Shown: piece by piece, positions 53,303 through 54,954 of the stretch | How positions within the stretch are numbered: position 1 is the first letter of the stretch | How the letters are laid out: each line of letters begins with the position of its first letter | DNA from: Pseudomonadota bacterium | Lineage (GTDB): Bacteria; Pseudomonadota; Alphaproteobacteria; UBA11222 | Reading direction: 5' to 3' | Assembly (NCBI GenBank): GCA_036758605.1 | Contig: DAIOWE010000004.1 | Coordinates: 1 to 54,954 of the forward strand | DNA: 54,954 nucleotides | Translations under genes and position numbers: made by a program | The notes under the pieces: generated by a model | The model's database searches: none | What the model saw: the letters and a program-made list of their open reading frames with translations, nothing else | Told to the model about the DNA's origin: nothing

Positions 53303-54954
53303 ATGGCCGATTTATTCAAAAAAACTGCTTCTGCCGCTGATCAAAGCTATACCGCCCAGGACATTGAGGTGCTGGAGGGGCTGGAGCCTGTGCGCCGCCG
53401 CCCCGGCATGTATATTGGCGGCACCGATGAACGCGCCCTGCATCATCTGGCGGCAGAAATTCTCGACAATGCCATGGACGAGGCGGTTGCCGGACACGCC
53501 ACGCGCATCGAAATGACATTGGAGGCGGATGGCAGCCTGACTGTGCATGATAATGGGCGCGGCATTCCGGTTGATCCGCATCCGAAGTTCAAATCCAAAT
53601 CCGCGCTGGAAGTTATTCTCACCACCCTGCATTCCGGCGGCAAGTTTGGCGGCAAGGCCTATGCGACCTCTGGCGGTCTGCATGGGGTGGGCCTGTCTGT
53701 CGTAAACGCATTGTCGGAACGCCTCACCGTCGAGGTTGCCCGCGACAAACAGCATTATGTGCAGGAATATGCCCGGGGCGCGCCTGCCGGAAAGCTGCGC
53801 AATACCGGGCCTGCAAATAACCGGCGCGGCACCACCATCAGCTTTTTCCCGGACAAGCAGATTTTCGGCGCACAGGCCCATTTCAAACCAGCGCTTTTGT
53901 ACAAGATGGCGCGTTCAAAAGCCTATCTGTTTGCAGGCGTCGAAATCCGCTGGAAATGCGCGCCAGAATTGCTGAAGGGCGCGGGCGATACACCCGAAAG
54001 CGAAGTGCTGCATTTTTCCGGCGGGCTTTCCGATTATCTTGCAGCCGCCATCAAGGGATATGCGCTGGTCACGCCCAACAGCTTTACCGGCAGCGAAAAA
54101 CTTCCCAGGGATCGTGGCAAGGTGGAATGGGCCATTGCCTGGTATGGAGATGGCGATGCGCTCATGGAATCCTATTGCAATACGATCCCAACACCCGCCG
54201 GCGGCACCCATGAAGCCGGATTGAAGACTGCCCTTTATCGGGCTTTGCGCGGCTATGGCGAACTGACCGGCAACAAAAAGGCGGCGCTGCTGACCGCCGA
54301 TGATGTGACGGGAACGGCCGGTGTCATATTGTCCCTGTTTATCCGGGAACCGGAGTTTCAGGGCCAGACCAAGGAAAAACTGTCTTCGGCAGATGCGGCG
54401 CGGCTGGTTGAAAATGCTGTGCGCGATCATTTCGACCATTGGCTTTCGGGTGCGCCCAGCGACGCCAACAAACTTCTGGACTGGTGCATCGAGCGCGCCG
54501 AGGAACGGCTGCGCCGCCGCCAGGAACGCGAGACCAGCCGCAAAACCGCCACCCGCAAACTGCGCCTGCCCGGAAAACTTTCGGACTGCTCCAGCGACCG
54601 CATCGAGGAAACCGAAATCTTCCTGGTCGAAGGTGACAGCGCCGGCGGATCGGCCAAGCAGGCGCGCGACCGCAAAACCCAGGCTATATTGCCGTTGCGG
54701 GGAAAAATTCTGAATGTCGCCAGCGCATCCCTCGACAAGCTTTCCGGAAATCAGGAAATTGCCGATATTTCTCTGGCGCTGGGGTGCGGGATCAGGGATA
54801 AATATCGCGACAGCGAATTGCGTTATGGCAAGGTCATCATCATGACCGATGCCGATGTGGATGGCGCGCATATCGCGTCTCTGCTGATCACATTTTTCTA
54901 CCGGCAGATGCCGGAATTGATCAGGAGCGGGCGGCTGTATCTTGCCATGCCGCC
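53303..54954 (+). CDS. parE: DNA topoisomerase IV subunit B (partial, continues past the right edge)
   Basis: It is absent from the ORF track because there is no stop in the window. The ATG at 53303 gives MADLFKKTASAADQSYTAQDIEVLEGLEPVRRRPGMYIGGTDERALHHLAAEILDNAMDEA...DNGRGIPVDPHPKF...GGLHGVGLSVVNALS. The Toprim region follows: EIFLVEGDSAGGSAKQARDR...IMTDADVDGAHI. The GGTD motif is ParE-like rather than GyrB-like. Confidence 0.9.
   Translation, partial: MADLFKKTASAADQSYTAQDIEVLEGLEPVRRRPGMYIGGTDERALHHLAAEILDNAMDEAVAGHATRIEMTLEADGSLTVHDNGRGIPVDPHPKFKSKSALEVILTTLHSGGKFGGKAYATSGGLHGVGLSVVNALSERLTVEVARDKQHYVQEYARGAPAGKLRNTGPANNRRGTTISFFPDKQIFGAQAHFKPALLYKMARSKAYLFAGVEIRWKCAPELLKGAGDTPESEVLHFSGGLSDYLAAAIKGYALVTPNSFTGSEKLPRDRGKVEWAIAWYGDGDALMESYCNTIPTPAGGTHEAGLKTALYRALRGYGELTGNKKAALLTADDVTGTAGVILSLFIREPEFQGQTKEKLSSADAARLVENAVRDHFDHWLSGAPSDANKLLDWCIERAEERLRRRQERETSRKTATRKLRLPGKLSDCSSDRIEETEIFLVEGDSAGGSAKQARDRKTQAILPLRGKILNVASASLDKLSGNQEIADISLALGCGIRDKYRDSELRYGKVIIMTDADVDGAHIASLLITFFYRQMPELIRSGRLYLAMP

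Noticed and set aside
53312-54871. Two long minus-strand ORFs (53312-53881 and 53915-54871) at the right end
   Set aside because: They are antisense to an unmistakable plus-strand parE reading frame. That frame is missing from the track only because it has no stop inside the window.
1-54954. The many 60-260-aa ORFs in the track lying antisense to or out of frame with the long genes (e.g. 1451-2101, 7859-8572, 11930-12715, 22189-23151, 23013-23840, 25576-26298, 29045-29650, 41879-42439, 52380-53048)
   Set aside because: These are typical GC-rich shadow ORFs. They are Arg/Ala/Pro/Gly-rich, lack motifs, and each is fully embedded in a gene with strong family signatures.
1-54954. CRISPR arrays, rRNA genes, intact prophage or integron features
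   Set aside because: Reading through the window, I noticed no regularly spaced short direct repeats, no rRNA-like conserved stretches, and no integrase, phage structural genes or attC-like arrays.

Overview
The window is about 55 kb of chromosome from a moderately GC-rich Gram-negative bacterium, most likely a marine alphaproteobacterium. This is supported by cycH/ccmI, the tmk-holB-metG-tatD-MBL block, tamAB, an alpha-type parE and an ectR-ectABCD-ask cluster. All calls come from reading the sequence and the ORF track by eye, and no searches were run.

Layout:
- 1-9793 (minus strand): a tightly packed seven-gene redox operon. This is my main candidate for an undescribed system. It encodes a cytoplasmic flavo-FeS oxidoreductase with two cNMP-binding domains, a 5-TM protein with two H-x13-H helices (di-haem b signature), an FHA-like/TM/10x CxxCH cytochrome, a small secreted protein, a secreted tandem GlcG/HbpS-like protein, a putative outer-membrane beta-barrel and a second multihaem cytochrome that runs off the window. 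It reads like a signal-gated trans-envelope electron conduit whose inner-membrane entry module differs from Mtr/Pcc/Pio systems.
- 9959-13531: ccmI, a DUF6065-like gene, yqgE/algH and a dienelactone hydrolase.
- 13753-18603: a tamA-like pseudogene fragment followed by an MscS / SLC13 / MscS block.
- 18773-29891: an orphan VapB-like antitoxin, housekeeping genes (isochorismatase-like, ThDP enzyme, MBL, tatD, metG, holB, tmk, DD-carboxypeptidase, rlpA, lytic transglycosylase) and tRNA-Ser.
- 30274-36944: tamB, tamA and nhaA.
- 37073-48517: an osmoadaptation supercluster. It holds a diverged second copy of the MscS / SLC13 / MscS block (the SLC13 gene destroyed by an internal deletion), ectR abutting or overlapping an MscS gene (TTG start uncertain), and ectABCD-ask extended by SSS and MFS transporter genes.
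- 48918-49841: a decayed GmrSD-like nuclease gene fused to an IS5-family transposase stub.
- 49983-54954: a small membrane protein, tRNA-Asn, a soluble orphan histidine kinase coupled to a 444-aa pentapeptide-repeat protein, and parE (partial).

I saw no rRNA and no CRISPR array. Most other ORFs in the track are antisense or out-of-frame shadows of these genes.
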